64,000 nt of DNA from a virus. Under the pieces are notes generated by a model, which saw nothing but the letters and a program-made list of their open reading frames with translations, was not told the DNA's origin and searched no databases. A program made the translations under genes and the position numbers. The stretch spans positions 32,001 to 96,000 of the IMG/VR virus record IMGVR_UViG_3300017917_003446. One strand, given 5' to 3'. Positions 29,393 to 39,863 of this stretch are shown here, one piece after another. Within the stretch, counting starts at the first letter, position 1, and every line of letters begins with the position of its first letter.

Positions 29393-30913
29393 ATGGCGCT
29401 TTCGTTATTTGGCTACACAATATCTAAAGATGAACCGGCAAATCTGGAGGTAAGGAAGAATACCTTTATACCTCCAGATGACGACGAAGGCGCATCTGCG
29501 GTTGCTGGAGGTGGTTATTTTGGAACATATGTAGATTTAGATGCTACTGCAAAATCTGAATCTGAAGTAATTACTAAATACAGAGAGACGTCTATGTATT
29601 CAGACGTCTCTAATGCTATTGATGAAATAGTTACAGAAGCAATAGCAGGTACTGATACAGATAGATTAGTTGATATAAATTTAGATAATGTTTCTTTATC
29701 CGATAATATTAAATTAAGTATTAGAAATGAATTTTATTCCATACTTAGAATGTTGGAATTTAAATCTAAAGGTCAAGATATCTTTAGACGTTGGTATATA
29801 GATGGTAGAATTTACTATCAGAAAGTAATAGATAACACCAATCCAAGAAAAGGTGTTCTTGAGCTTAGATATATTGATCCAAGAAAAATTAAAAAAGTAA
29901 GAGATATTAAAAAGAAAAGATCTCCTTCTGGTATAGACATTATAGAAAAAATTGAAGAGTTTTACATTTATAATGAAAAAGGATTACGTTATACTCAGCA
30001 ATATGGCAATGTGCCAGGATTAAATCAGGGAATTAAAATATCACCTGATACTATTACATTTGTCCCATCGGGCGTAATGGATTTAGAAAAAAGTATTGTC
30101 TTAAGTTACTTGCATAAGGCGGTAAAGCCTGCCAATCAACTTAAGATGATGGAGGACTCCTTGGTAATTTATAGAATATCAAGAGCCCCTGAACGAAGAA
30201 TATTTTATATTGATGTTGGCAATTTACCCAAGATCAAAGCAGAACAATATTTGAAAGATGTAATGAATAAGTATCGTAATAAAATTGTTTACGATTCTAA
30301 TACAGGTGAGATTAAAGACGATAGAAAATTTATGTCAATGCTCGAAGATTTCTGGCTACCTCGCAGAGAAGGTGGTAGGGGCACAGAAATTACTACATTG
30401 CCAGGTGGCGAAAACTTGGGTCAGATAGATGATATAAATTACTTTAAGAATAAGTTGTATCAATCTTTAAATGTACCCATGTCTAGATTAGAAGCATCTA
30501 CAGGAATGAATTTCGGTAGGGCTGCTGAAATAACTAGAGATGAATTAAAATTTGGTAAGTTTGTAGATAAACTTCGCAAAAAATTTAATGAATTATTTAG
30601 TGATGTAATGCGAACACAACTTATTCTAAAAGGAATTATGACTGATTCTGATTGGAATGAAATTAAAGAGGATATTAATTTCATATATTCTCAGGACAGA
30701 TATTATTCAGAATTAAAGGATGCTGAAAATTTAAGAAATAGAGTAGATGTTCTTAATCAAATGGCACCGTTTATTGGGACGTACTTCAGTCAAGAATATG
30801 TTATGAAGAAAGTTTTAAGATATACCGATGATGAAATGATAGCGGTTAAAGAGCAAATCCAAAATGAGGGACCACCTCCACAACCAATAAATAATGCTGA
30901 GCCACAACAATAG
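29393..30913 (+). CDS. gp20: Portal vertex protein gp20
   Basis: RRWYIDGR, YRISRAPERRIFYIDVGNLP, EDFWLPRREGGRGTEITTLPGG. Confidence 0.97.
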   Translation: MALSLFGYTISKDEPANLEVRKNTFIPPDDDEGASAVAGGGYFGTYVDLDATAKSESEVITKYRETSMYSDVSNAIDEIVTEAIAGTDTDRLVDINLDNVSLSDNIKLSIRNEFYSILRMLEFKSKGQDIFRRWYIDGRIYYQKVIDNTNPRKGVLELRYIDPRKIKKVRDIKKKRSPSGIDIIEKIEEFYIYNEKGLRYTQQYGNVPGLNQGIKISPDTITFVPSGVMDLEKSIVLSYLHKAVKPANQLKMMEDSLVIYRISRAPERRIFYIDVGNLPKIKAEQYLKDVMNKYRNKIVYDSNTGEIKDDRKFMSMLEDFWLPRREGGRGTEITTLPGGENLGQIDDINYFKNKLYQSLNVPMSRLEASTGMNFGRAAEITRDELKFGKFVDKLRKKFNELFSDVMRTQLILKGIMTDSDWNEIKEDINFIYSQDRYYSELKDAENLRNRVDVLNQMAPFIGTYFSQEYVMKKVLRYTDDEMIAVKEQIQNEGPPPQPINNAEPQQ

Positions 30914-30921
30914 GAGATATT

Positions 30922-31131
30922 ATGACTGATACTGTAGAAACAGAAATTGAAAATGAAGAAGAAACAACAACAAACGATGTTATTAGAAGTATGGTAGATA
31001 CTATTCTACAAGGCGATGCGGTAAATGCACAAGCAACCTTTGCTTCTTTAATGTCTGGTAAAGTTGCTGATGCCATAGACAATAGACGTTTAGATATATC
31101 ACAATCTTTATATTCGAGAGAAAAAGAATGA
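30922..31131 (+). CDS. Small acidic prohead core protein (gp67-like)
   Basis: Acidic 69-aa protein immediately after the portal; position matches gp67. Confidence 0.55.
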   Translation: MTDTVETEIENEEETTTNDVIRSMVDTILQGDAVNAQATFASLMSGKVADAIDNRRLDISQSLYSREKE

Positions 31132-31826
31132 AAGACTTTAAGTCCTTTAAAGTAGATATGTTCGAGGCAATGAATCGTAGCCCATATGCTATTGGTATGG
31201 CACAAGCTATGAAGTCAACAGGTGATAAACCGCCCTTAGAAAAATCTACAATAAAGAAAGCTCATAAAATTGCTAAGTCAATTATGAAAAATGAGTCAGT
31301 GGACGATGAAGGAAATATGGCAAGAGGTGAATTAATGCGCATGTCAAAGCAAGCAGCTGATCTTGCTATGATGATGACAGATGAAAAACAATTAGATGGG
31401 TGGGTGCAGGCAAAAATTACTAAAGCTGCAGATTATTTAGATTCTGCACACGATTATCTAATGTTTAGCAAACAAGAAGTAGATGAGAATCAACATTACT
31501 GTGCCAAGCATGTATACTCAGACATATTTGGTGAAGGTATTGTACTTGAAGCTGAACACGCTGAACCTAATGCCGATGGTGAAATTGAATGGTATACAGT
31601 AAAATTTGATCATGGTGACGAAGTGGTATTCACAGAAGACCTTACAATTCTTATGGCAGAATATCATAACAACCATAAGAAAAAGAAAGAGAAAAAAGAA
31701 AATGAGATGAATGAAAAACTTCATCCTAATCAGCAAAAGATAGATGTACATGAACCCGAAAAAGATGAAATCACTGCTGCTGATTTTGCCAAGTTACGTG
31801 CTATAAGAAAAGGTAAAGGAAAGTAA
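31128..31826 (+). CDS. Hypothetical head-associated protein (modular, charged)
   Basis: Located between portal and protease; K/E-rich modules; function not assignable. Confidence 0.45.
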   Translation: MKDFKSFKVDMFEAMNRSPYAIGMAQAMKSTGDKPPLEKSTIKKAHKIAKSIMKNESVDDEGNMARGELMRMSKQAADLAMMMTDEKQLDGWVQAKITKAADYLDSAHDYLMFSKQEVDENQHYCAKHVYSDIFGEGIVLEAEHAEPNADGEIEWYTVKFDHGDEVVFTEDLTILMAEYHNNHKKKKEKKENEMNEKLHPNQQKIDVHEPEKDEITAADFAKLRAIRKGKGK

Positions 31827-31829
31827 TAA

Positions 31830-32240
31830 ATGGCTGCTACAGTTACCATTCTTAAAAAGGTTAGACAACAAGCTATAGTAAAGGTAATAGGTGATGGTGT
31901 TGCTAACGTAGATATAAAAACCTTGGCATTAGCAGATGAAACTTTTGCTGATTATACAGGTAATGCCAACGTAACAATAAATTCTGTGCTTTGGTCATCA
32001 ACAGATGCCAATGCTCCTATTTTAGTTAAAAGACCATACAATGGTGCAAATGTAATGATATTGCATGGTAATGATAATTGGTCATTATCTCAGATGATGG
32101 GATTCGTAGAATCTACAAATAGTACTGCTAATATATCTGTTACTATGCCAGGGTCCGGCGGAACATTGTATTTAGGATTAACTAAGAATAATGGATTTAC
32201 TGAACCTAATCAGCAAGTCATTACTAAGGTAACAAGCTAA
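31830..32240 (+). CDS. Hypothetical virion protein
   Basis: 136-aa ORF translationally coupled to gp21, in the head module. Confidence 0.5.
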   Translation: MAATVTILKKVRQQAIVKVIGDGVANVDIKTLALADETFADYTGNANVTINSVLWSSTDANAPILVKRPYNGANVMILHGNDNWSLSQMMGFVESTNSTANISVTMPGSGGTLYLGLTKNNGFTEPNQQVITKVTS

Positions 32241-32884
32241 TGAAACTTATAAAAGAAATTCATCAAGACTTAGAATATATTACTGAAGAAAAATCTGGAG
32301 GCAAACACAATACCTATATCAAAGGTATTTTTATGCAGTCAGAACAACAAAATAGAAATGGTAGAGTATATCCTAAATCTGTTTTAGAAAAAGAATTACA
32401 AAGATATCAGAATATGATATCTGAAAAAAGATCATTGGGCGAATTAGGTCATCCTCCTAATCCCCAGATTAATCTTAATAATGTATCACACCTTATTACC
32501 AATCTACAATGGGAAGGTAACGATATAATTGGCACAGCAAAAATCTTAGATACTCCAATGGGTAAGATTGCTAAGAACTTCATTGAAGAAGGAGTTCGCC
32601 TAGGTGTTTCCTCAAGAGGTTTAGGATCACTTAAAGAAAGAAACGGTATAAACGAAGTTCAAGATGATTTTCATCTTGCAACTGTAGATATTGTAGCTGA
32701 TCCATCAGCACCAGATGCTTTTGTTGAAGGCATTATGGAAAATGCAGAATGGATTTGCGAAAATGGTGTTTGGAAAACTATAGAAGTAGAACAAGCACAG
32801 AAAGTAATTAGAAAAGCATCAAATAAACAATTAGCCGAAACTAAGCTTAAAGTATTTGAAGCATTTTTAAATTCTATCAAATAA
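32240..32884 (+). CDS. gp21: Prohead core protease gp21
   Basis: GIFMQ..NRNGRVYP, LGELGHP, GVSSRGLGSL, DIVADPSAPDAFV. Confidence 0.96.
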   Translation: MKLIKEIHQDLEYITEEKSGGKHNTYIKGIFMQSEQQNRNGRVYPKSVLEKELQRYQNMISEKRSLGELGHPPNPQINLNNVSHLITNLQWEGNDIIGTAKILDTPMGKIAKNFIEEGVRLGVSSRGLGSLKERNGINEVQDDFHLATVDIVADPSAPDAFVEGIMENAEWICENGVWKTIEVEQAQKVIRKASNKQLAETKLKVFEAFLNSIK

Positions 32885-32892
32885 TCAAATCT

Positions 32893-32900
32893 TATAAATA
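32893..32900 (+). promoter_or_regulatory. T4-type late promoter
   Basis: TATAAATA upstream of gp22. Confidence 0.8.
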
Positions 32901-32934
32901 TTAAAGTTAGATTAATAACTCATAGGAGAGAAGG

Positions 32935-34044
32935 ATGTCAGTAGACTCTAAAATAAAGGAATTGCTAGAGCGCGTTAAAGCTCAGGCAACTGACGCCGAG
33001 ACTCTGTCGGAAGAAGGTGCACAGCCAATGGGATCTACTTCCGTAGCCAAGGATTCAAGTATCAAAGCAGCTAATGCTGGAGATGCTACATATCCTATGC
33101 AGGGCTCGTCTCAGAAGGCAAGTGTAGAAACACGGGATGAAGAAGAACCTAATCAAGGTATGAAAGCTTCAGCACCAGTTTCCAAGAACAATCTTACAGC
33201 ACAAGGTGTAGGTGCTGCACCTAATTTTACTACAGTTGGAGATCCAACAATGGCAGTTAATCAGCCTAATAGTAAAGGTAATGTTACTAAAGAGAATGTT
33301 GAAGATCAAGACGCACCTTCTCTTAAAGAACAAATTGTTTCTATCTTCGGAGAAGATGTATCAGAAGAATTTGCTGATAAAGCAACATCTATTTTCGAAG
33401 CTGCAGTAGTTGCTCGTGTTAATTCCGAAATGGAAAAAATTGTTGAGCAATTAGAAGAACAAAAAGCTACAGAACTTACTGAAGCTAAAGAGCAGATGGT
33501 AGAAAAAATTGACTCGTTTTTAAATTATGTCGTTGATCAGTGGATGACAGAAAATGAGCTAGCAATCGAAAATGGTCTTCGTACAGAAATCGCCGAAGAT
33601 TTTATTGTAGGATTGAAGTCTCTATTTAAAGAACATTACATCGAAGTACCTGAAGAAAAGTACGATGTAATTGGAGAACTACAAGGTAAAGCCCAAGATC
33701 TTGAAGACAAACTTAATGAAGCCCTTAATGGCAACATTGAAATGAAGAAAGAACTTGAGGATATGAAACGTGCTGCTGTATTGGAAAGCGCATCAAAAGA
33801 TTTAGCTGACACCGAAGCTGAAAAGCTAGCTAAACTTTTAGAAGGCGTAGATTTTGAAAACGAAGAACTTTTTGCAGAAAAAGTTTCAGTGATCAAGGAA
33901 AATTATTTTCCAAAGAATAGCAAACCAGTAAGCACAAATTCTATTACTGAAGATAGTTCAGAGCCACCTGCTGATATGCTTGTTGAAGATAGCACAGTAT
34001 CAAAATATGCTAGAGCGCTATCAAGAACAATTAAAAAGAATTAA
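32935..34044 (+). CDS. gp22: Prohead scaffold protein gp22
   Basis: KA..IFEAAV..YV..WM.ENELAIE.GLR.EI.E.F..GLK.LF.EHYI.VPEEK.D. Confidence 0.92.
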   Translation: MSVDSKIKELLERVKAQATDAETLSEEGAQPMGSTSVAKDSSIKAANAGDATYPMQGSSQKASVETRDEEEPNQGMKASAPVSKNNLTAQGVGAAPNFTTVGDPTMAVNQPNSKGNVTKENVEDQDAPSLKEQIVSIFGEDVSEEFADKATSIFEAAVVARVNSEMEKIVEQLEEQKATELTEAKEQMVEKIDSFLNYVVDQWMTENELAIENGLRTEIAEDFIVGLKSLFKEHYIEVPEEKYDVIGELQGKAQDLEDKLNEALNGNIEMKKELEDMKRAAVLESASKDLADTEAEKLAKLLEGVDFENEELFAEKVSVIKENYFPKNSKPVSTNSITEDSSEPPADMLVEDSTVSKYARALSRTIKKN

Positions 34045-34063
34045 TCCCATAGGAGTAATGTAA

Positions 34064-35362
34064 ATGTTTTTATCCGAACAACTACAAAAGAAGTGGCAAG
34101 CCATTCTTGACCACGCTGACCTTCCTGAAATTAAGGACAGCTATAAAAGAGCAGTTACATCTGTTCTTTTAGAAAATCAAGAACGTGCATTGCGTGAAGA
34201 GCGTTTTTCTCTCTTTGAAGGTCCAGCAGCAAACAACATTCAGTCAACAGGCGGTCTTGACACATACGATCCTATCCTTATCGGATTAGTTCGTCGTTCT
34301 ATGCCTAATCTAATGGCTTATGATATTTGCGGTGTGCAGCCAATGACAGGTCCAACAGGACTTATTTTTGCAATGCGTGCTCATGTAGGTTCAGGTCGTT
34401 CTAATACTGATCCAACACTAGAAGCATTGTTCAATGAAGCCAACACAATGGTTTCTGGTGCTAATAGCCCAACACATGCAGGTACCAACCCAGCTGATTC
34501 TCCATATACAACTGCAGGTGGTATGTCAACAGCATTTGCTGAGCAGTTAGGAACTTCAGGTAATGCTGCATTCAACGAAATGTCTTTCAGTATTGATAAG
34601 ACAACAGTTACTGCTGAGACACGTGCTCTAAAAGCTGAGTACACAGTTGAATTAGCACAAGACTTGAAAGCAATTCATGGTCTTGATGCTGAAGCAGAAC
34701 TTTCAAACATTCTTTCACAAGAGTTTATGTTTGAAATCAATCGTGAGATTGTACGTTTAATCTATACAGTTGCGAAGACAGGTTCTCCTGCAACAGCAAC
34801 AGCAGGTACATTTGACCTAGATGTAGATTCAAATGGACGTTGGTCTGTTGAGCGTTTCAAAGGTCTTCTATTCAATATTGAGCGTGATGCTAATCATATT
34901 GCGCAAGATACTCGTAGAGGAAAAGGTAACATCATCGTTTGCTCTGCAGACGTAGCTTCTGCTCTAGCAATGGCTGGTGTTCTTGATTACGCTCCTGCTT
35001 TATCAACAAGCCTAAATGTTGATGACACAGGTAATACATTCGCAGGTGTTCTAAATGGACGCTTCCGTGTTTATGTTGATCCATATTCAGCTAACCTAGG
35101 CGCAAGCAGCCAGTTCTATGTTGTAGGTTATAAGGGTTCTAGCCCATATGACGCTGGTTTGTTCTATTGCCCATATGTTCCTCTACAGATGGTTCGTGCT
35201 GTTGATCCTAACAGCTTCCAACCAAAGATTGGCTTCAAGACACGTTATGGCTTGATTGCTAATCCATATGTTGTACAGGCAAATGGTACAGTAGATGCTG
35301 ATACATTTACAGCAAATCGTAATCAGTACTATCGTCGTACCAAGGTTACAAATCTAATGTAA
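34064..35362 (+). CDS. gp23: Major capsid protein gp23
   Basis: LLENQE, CGVQPMTGPTGLIFAMR, RALKAEY..ELAQDLKAIHGLDAE.EL, FQPKIGFKTRYG. Confidence 0.98.
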   Translation: MFLSEQLQKKWQAILDHADLPEIKDSYKRAVTSVLLENQERALREERFSLFEGPAANNIQSTGGLDTYDPILIGLVRRSMPNLMAYDICGVQPMTGPTGLIFAMRAHVGSGRSNTDPTLEALFNEANTMVSGANSPTHAGTNPADSPYTTAGGMSTAFAEQLGTSGNAAFNEMSFSIDKTTVTAETRALKAEYTVELAQDLKAIHGLDAEAELSNILSQEFMFEINREIVRLIYTVAKTGSPATATAGTFDLDVDSNGRWSVERFKGLLFNIERDANHIAQDTRRGKGNIIVCSADVASALAMAGVLDYAPALSTSLNVDDTGNTFAGVLNGRFRVYVDPYSANLGASSQFYVVGYKGSSPYDAGLFYCPYVPLQMVRAVDPNSFQPKIGFKTRYGLIANPYVVQANGTVDADTFTANRNQYYRRTKVTNLM

Positions 35363-35388
35363 TCATTGAGCCGACACAGATCGGACTT

Positions 35389-35412
35389 AAGGGGGAGCAA
35401 TCCCCCTTTTTT
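35389..35412 (+). terminator. Rho-independent terminator after gp23
   Basis: AAGGGGGA-GCAA-TCCCCCTT followed by a T-run (GNRA tetraloop). Confidence 0.88.
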
Positions 35413-35417
35413 GTCTT

Positions 35418-35425
35418 TATAAATA
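35418..35425 (+). promoter_or_regulatory. T4-type late promoter
   Basis: TATAAATA upstream of gp3. Confidence 0.8.
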
Positions 35426-35443
35426 ATAGTGAAAGGAAGTTAA

Positions 35444-36034
35444 ATGGCATATACTGCAAATATTTCACTATTACAAGATTCATATACAAACAATAGGCCT
35501 ACGACTTATAATTATCTAAGACCTAATGGTTTTAGATTTACTATAAAAGAAATGCCTTATGTTGCATATACTTGTCAATCAGCAAATATACCCGCATTGC
35601 AACTTGGTAATGCCATTTTGCCTACACCTTTTGTTGATATTCCTATAGCGGGCGATAAAATTAATTTTGGAGATCTTACTTTAAGATTTTTGATTCAAGA
35701 GGATATGTCAAATTATATAGAAATTTTGGGTTGGTTAATTGCTTTGGGGTTCCCAATTGAACACAAACAATTTACATCATTTGTTCAAAAGAGAGAAAAT
35801 AGGTTCCCATATTCACAAGGCGGCAAAAGAACAGATGCTTTGGCATACTCGGATGCAACTTTGACTATTTTAGACTCGACAAACACACCTAAAACCGATA
35901 TAATGTTCTATGATTTGTTCCCAATCTCAATAGAAGCTTTGGATTATGACGTGACCACAACCGATGTACCATTTATGGTAGGAATTGCGTCTTTTAAATA
36001 TAAGTATTTTGATATTAAAACATTAACAGTATAG
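35444..36034 (+). CDS. gp3: Tail completion/tube terminator protein gp3
   Basis: NYL.PNGFRF..CQSANIP..GDKI.FGDL..RFL..EDM.NY.EI..W..SDATL.IL; synteny after gp23. Confidence 0.85.
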   Translation: MAYTANISLLQDSYTNNRPTTYNYLRPNGFRFTIKEMPYVAYTCQSANIPALQLGNAILPTPFVDIPIAGDKINFGDLTLRFLIQEDMSNYIEILGWLIALGFPIEHKQFTSFVQKRENRFPYSQGGKRTDALAYSDATLTILDSTNTPKTDIMFYDLFPISIEALDYDVTTTDVPFMVGIASFKYKYFDIKTLTV

Positions 36035-36042
36035 AGGTAATT

Positions 36043-36918
36043 ATGTCTGAAAATATTGATCCTACCGTTGAAAATACAGTGCCTTTGGTTGAAGCAGATG
36101 TTCCGCAACAAGATGATGGTAAAATTACTATCAGTATTGATGAATTGAGAAGTAGCAAATTCTTTATTGCTACTCCTTGTTATGGTGGTGCTCTCACCGA
36201 ACCATATTTTAGGTCTGTTATTAAATTGATGACCTTCTTCAATCAGCACAGAGTACCATTAGCGTTTGGCACAATTGCTAACGAATCTTTGGTTACTCGA
36301 GCAAGAAACGTTTTACTTGCATATTTCTTAGCATCAGATTATACTCATTTGATGTTTATTGATGCAGACATTGAGTTTCAAGTAGATGATATTATGAAAC
36401 TGTATGCCCATCAAAGAGATGTGTGTGTTGGTGCTTATCCCAAGAAAGGTGTAAATTGGGATAGAATTAAAGAAACAATTTTAACGGAACCTGAGAAGGC
36501 AAAGTCTCCTGGAGAAATTGCAGCACTCGGTGCAGATTATGCAGTTAACTTTAAGTTCTTAAATAAAGAAACAAGAACAATTGCTGTAGATCGAGGGGTT
36601 GTAAAACTACATGATGCCGGTACAGGTTTCATGATGATCAAGCGCAATGCTATTCTTAAACTAATTAAAGCATATCCTGAATTAAAATACAATAATGACG
36701 TCCAATTGAATCAAGATTTGTCTGATCATTTTTATGCTCTGTTTGATACAATGATCGATCCTGTTGATCGTAGATATTTGTCTGAAGATTATACCTTCTG
36801 TCGTAGGTGGCAAGACATTGGTGGAGATATTTGGCTTGACCCAAGTATTAGTTTAAATCATTATGGATCATTCTGTTTTTCGGGTAACCCAGCTCAAATT
36901 ATTCAATTTCAAAAATAA
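36043..36918 (+). CDS. GT-A fold glycosyltransferase-like protein
   Basis: IATPCYGG, NESLVTRARN, THLMFIDAD (DXD), GTGFMMIKR, YLSEDY.FCRRW. Confidence 0.7.
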   Translation: MSENIDPTVENTVPLVEADVPQQDDGKITISIDELRSSKFFIATPCYGGALTEPYFRSVIKLMTFFNQHRVPLAFGTIANESLVTRARNVLLAYFLASDYTHLMFIDADIEFQVDDIMKLYAHQRDVCVGAYPKKGVNWDRIKETILTEPEKAKSPGEIAALGADYAVNFKFLNKETRTIAVDRGVVKLHDAGTGFMMIKRNAILKLIKAYPELKYNNDVQLNQDLSDHFYALFDTMIDPVDRRYLSEDYTFCRRWQDIGGDIWLDPSISLNHYGSFCFSGNPAQIIQFQK

Positions 36919-36921
36919 ATT

Positions 36922-37362
36922 ATGAAACTGTCCGAACTCCAGGAAATGTGGGCGGAGGACTGTAAAATTGATGAAACAAATCTTGGCAAGGAGTCAGCTA
37001 GAGTTCCTACTCTCCATGCCAAGTATATCAACTTTCTTTCCTCAACTAGACTCAATCTGCGTAAAGCAGAATCTGATTATTTTAACTGTAGAAGAAAAAA
37101 ATATAGATACTACAGAGGTGAAATGTCTCGTGCGGAATTAGAGTCCGAAGGTTGGATACAATGGCAAGGAGCTAAACCCCTAAAGAATGAAATTGATGAG
37201 TTTCTTCAGGGAGATGCTGATTTAATTTTATTACAAGATAAAGTAGAATATTTTAAAACAGTATTATATCAATTAGAACAAATAATTCGGTCAATAAATT
37301 CAAGAACATGGGATATAAAGTCCTCAATTGAATGGACAAAATTTACTAATGGATTAATGTGA
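36922..37362 (+). CDS. uvsY: Recombination mediator UvsY
   Basis: W.ED.KID..L..ES..P.LH.KY..YY.G..I..R.W.IK..IEW.KF; directly before uvsW. Confidence 0.88.
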   Translation: MKLSELQEMWAEDCKIDETNLGKESARVPTLHAKYINFLSSTRLNLRKAESDYFNCRRKKYRYYRGEMSRAELESEGWIQWQGAKPLKNEIDEFLQGDADLILLQDKVEYFKTVLYQLEQIIRSINSRTWDIKSSIEWTKFTNGLM

Positions 37363-38846
37363 TGGCAGACATTAGTATTAGAAAGAAAAATGAAGTACAT
37401 CTTATTGTAGATTCAGATCCTTCAATTGCTCAAGAATTAAACGATCATTTTTCGTTTGATGTGCCCGGAGCAAAATTTCATCCATTGTATAAGTCTCGTA
37501 TGTGGGACGGAAAAGTTCATTTGTTTTCTATGTTTACAAAAGAATTATACGTTGGCTTGAAGGAGTATCTTGAAAATTTTGCAGTTGAACGTGATTATCA
37601 AATAGATGAAAGTAATTATAAACCTGCTAAAGATGAATGCACTATAGAAGAAGTAAAAGATTTTTGTGAATCGTTAAAATTATCATCAAAAGATCAACCA
37701 ATTCAAATTAGGGAATATCAAATAGATGCAATCTATCAGGCAATTATCAACGGAAGACGCCTTTTATTATCGCCAACTGGTTCGGGAAAATCTCTTATTA
37801 TTTACTGCCTCATACGATGGCATCAAAAGTATGGAAGACGACAACTTATTCTTGTCCCTACAACAAGCCTTGTGGAACAGATGTACTCAGATTTCCAAGA
37901 CTATTCAGGATTAAATGGTTGGAAAGCTACAGAAAATTGTAGAAGAATTTACGGTGGGCATGAAAAAGTAAATGATTATAATGTAGTAATAAGTACATGG
38001 CAATCACTTTATAAAATGCCTAAACAATTTTTTGCTGAGTTTCAAACCATATACGGAGATGAAGCACATCTATTTAAGGCAAAAAGTTTGACCGGTATTC
38101 TTAACAAGTGTGCTATCAGCCCATATAGAATAGGTACTACCGGAACATTGGATGGAACTAAAACTCATAAGTTGGTGCTTGAAGGATTATTTGGTCCTGT
38201 TTATAAAGTAACAACTACCAAAAAATTAATAACAGATAAAACACTAGCTGATCTTCAGATATACAATCTAATTCTTGAATATCCTGAAGAAATTAGAAAA
38301 TTATTGCGAGGCAGAACATATCAGGAAGAAATGGATTTTCTTGTCCAATACCCTGCAAGAAATAAATTTATTCGAAATCTAGCATTGAAACAAAAAGGAA
38401 ACACATTGGTGTTGTTTCAATTTGTAGAAAAACACGGAAAATTGCTATATGATATGATTCAGGCAAAGTGCGAGGATAGGCAAGTCTTTTTTGTTTATGG
38501 TGGAACAGATACAGAACAACGTGAACTCGTAAGACAATTGACAGAGAAAGAAAATGATGCTATAATAGTGGCATCGTATGGCACATTCTCAACTGGGATA
38601 AATATTAAAAATCTTCACAATATTATTTTTGCTTCTCCATCCAAATCTAGGATTAGAAATTTACAATCAATTGGAAGAGGATTGAGAACAAGTGAAACCA
38701 AACAGGCATGTAACTTATACGATATAGGCGACGATTTATCTTGGAAATCCAAAAAAAATTATACGTTATTACATATGATTGAGCGAATAAAAATCTACAA
38801 TGATGAGCACTTTGATTACAAACTACTAAAGGTGCCGATTCAATGA
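37359..38846 (+). CDS. uvsW: DNA helicase UvsW
   Basis: WDGK, SPTGSGKS, DEAH, GTTGT, STGINIKNLHN, QSIGRGLR. Confidence 0.95.
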   Translation: MMADISIRKKNEVHLIVDSDPSIAQELNDHFSFDVPGAKFHPLYKSRMWDGKVHLFSMFTKELYVGLKEYLENFAVERDYQIDESNYKPAKDECTIEEVKDFCESLKLSSKDQPIQIREYQIDAIYQAIINGRRLLLSPTGSGKSLIIYCLIRWHQKYGRRQLILVPTTSLVEQMYSDFQDYSGLNGWKATENCRRIYGGHEKVNDYNVVISTWQSLYKMPKQFFAEFQTIYGDEAHLFKAKSLTGILNKCAISPYRIGTTGTLDGTKTHKLVLEGLFGPVYKVTTTKKLITDKTLADLQIYNLILEYPEEIRKLLRGRTYQEEMDFLVQYPARNKFIRNLALKQKGNTLVLFQFVEKHGKLLYDMIQAKCEDRQVFFVYGGTDTEQRELVRQLTEKENDAIIVASYGTFSTGINIKNLHNIIFASPSKSRIRNLQSIGRGLRTSETKQACNLYDIGDDLSWKSKKNYTLLHMIERIKIYNDEHFDYKLLKVPIQ

Positions 38847-39310
38847 AAACCAAATTAAATTACAAATTTATTAAATTAACAAATGGTGATGATATAATTT
38901 GTACTTTGGATTCAGATACAACCAAATTAAAACAGAACGAAAAATTATTTGTTGTTGATCCTGTCTTGGTTGTTAGAATGAGATATCCTAGAGGTATGTC
39001 TATGGTAGAAGGATACGTATTTCAACCATGGGTAAGTTATGCTGCTCAATCTGTTTTTGAAATACCTGCATGGAGTATAGTAACATCTGCAGATTTAGAA
39101 GATAAAATTAAAGAGACTTATATCAAATATATTACTGAAGAAGTGTCTACCAATGTAGTACAAAAAACAACTGAAGATGATCCGCAAATATCTAAGGAAG
39201 AAGCAATAAGAATTGCAGACATGCTTAGTTCAATTACAATGTCACAAAAGGATGAAGAAGATGCCGAGGAAGAAACAAGTAGTCCCCGCGGGCGACGCAC
39301 TCTCCATTGA
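38843..39310 (+). CDS. Conserved hypothetical protein between uvsW and gp55
   Basis: IKL.NGDDII..P..PW pattern at a conserved T4-like position. Confidence 0.6.
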   Translation: MKTKLNYKFIKLTNGDDIICTLDSDTTKLKQNEKLFVVDPVLVVRMRYPRGMSMVEGYVFQPWVSYAAQSVFEIPAWSIVTSADLEDKIKETYIKYITEEVSTNVVQKTTEDDPQISKEEAIRIADMLSSITMSQKDEEDAEEETSSPRGRRTLH

Positions 39311-39863
39311 AGAACCTATTCCTGTTTCTTCTCATTATGTAGATAATAAGAAATTTCTACAAGCATTAATTGAGTATAGAGCAAGTATAGAAAGTGCAAA
39401 AGCTGCAGGTAAAGAACAACCACAGGTGCCTAATTATATAGGTGAATGTTTTATAAAAATAGCCACTCATTTATCATATAAATCTAACTTTATTAATTAC
39501 ACTTTTAAAGATGATATGATTAGCGATGGTATTGAGAATTGTCTCACAGCTGTTGCTAAATTTGATCCAGCAAAATCATCTAATCCTTTCGCATATTATA
39601 CTCAGATAATTTATTTTGCCTTTTTGCGTAGAATTCAAAAAGAAAAGAAAATGCAGGCAACTAAATATAAGATGATTGAATCTATGGATTTGGATGCTAT
39701 TATTACTCAAGAACATGATAGTGGAGAATTTAATAATCAATTCTTAGATTATCTAAAGAAACAATTGGATCAAGTAGATATTGATAAACGAGTAGTTAAT
39801 CTACCTAAAAAGAACAAATTAGCTGAGGAAGAAACCAAAAGTACACTTGATCTAGATGATTAG
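39261..39863 (+). CDS. gp55: Late transcription sigma factor gp55
   Basis: HYVDNK.F..YIGECF.KIA.HLS...NF.NY..DMISDGIENC..NPFAYYTQI.YFAF.RRI.KEK. Start inferred at MPRKK. Confidence 0.93.
   Translation: MPRKKQVVPAGDALSIEEPIPVSSHYVDNKKFLQALIEYRASIESAKAAGKEQPQVPNYIGECFIKIATHLSYKSNFINYTFKDDMISDGIENCLTAVAKFDPAKSSNPFAYYTQIIYFAFLRRIQKEKKMQATKYKMIESMDLDAIITQEHDSGEFNNQFLDYLKKQLDQVDIDKRVVNLPKKNKLAEEETKSTLDLDD

Noticed and set aside
28216-34644. Numerous 60-120 aa minus-strand ORFs opposite structural genes
   Set aside because: They are antisense shadows of strongly conserved + strand genes, with no independent coding signal.
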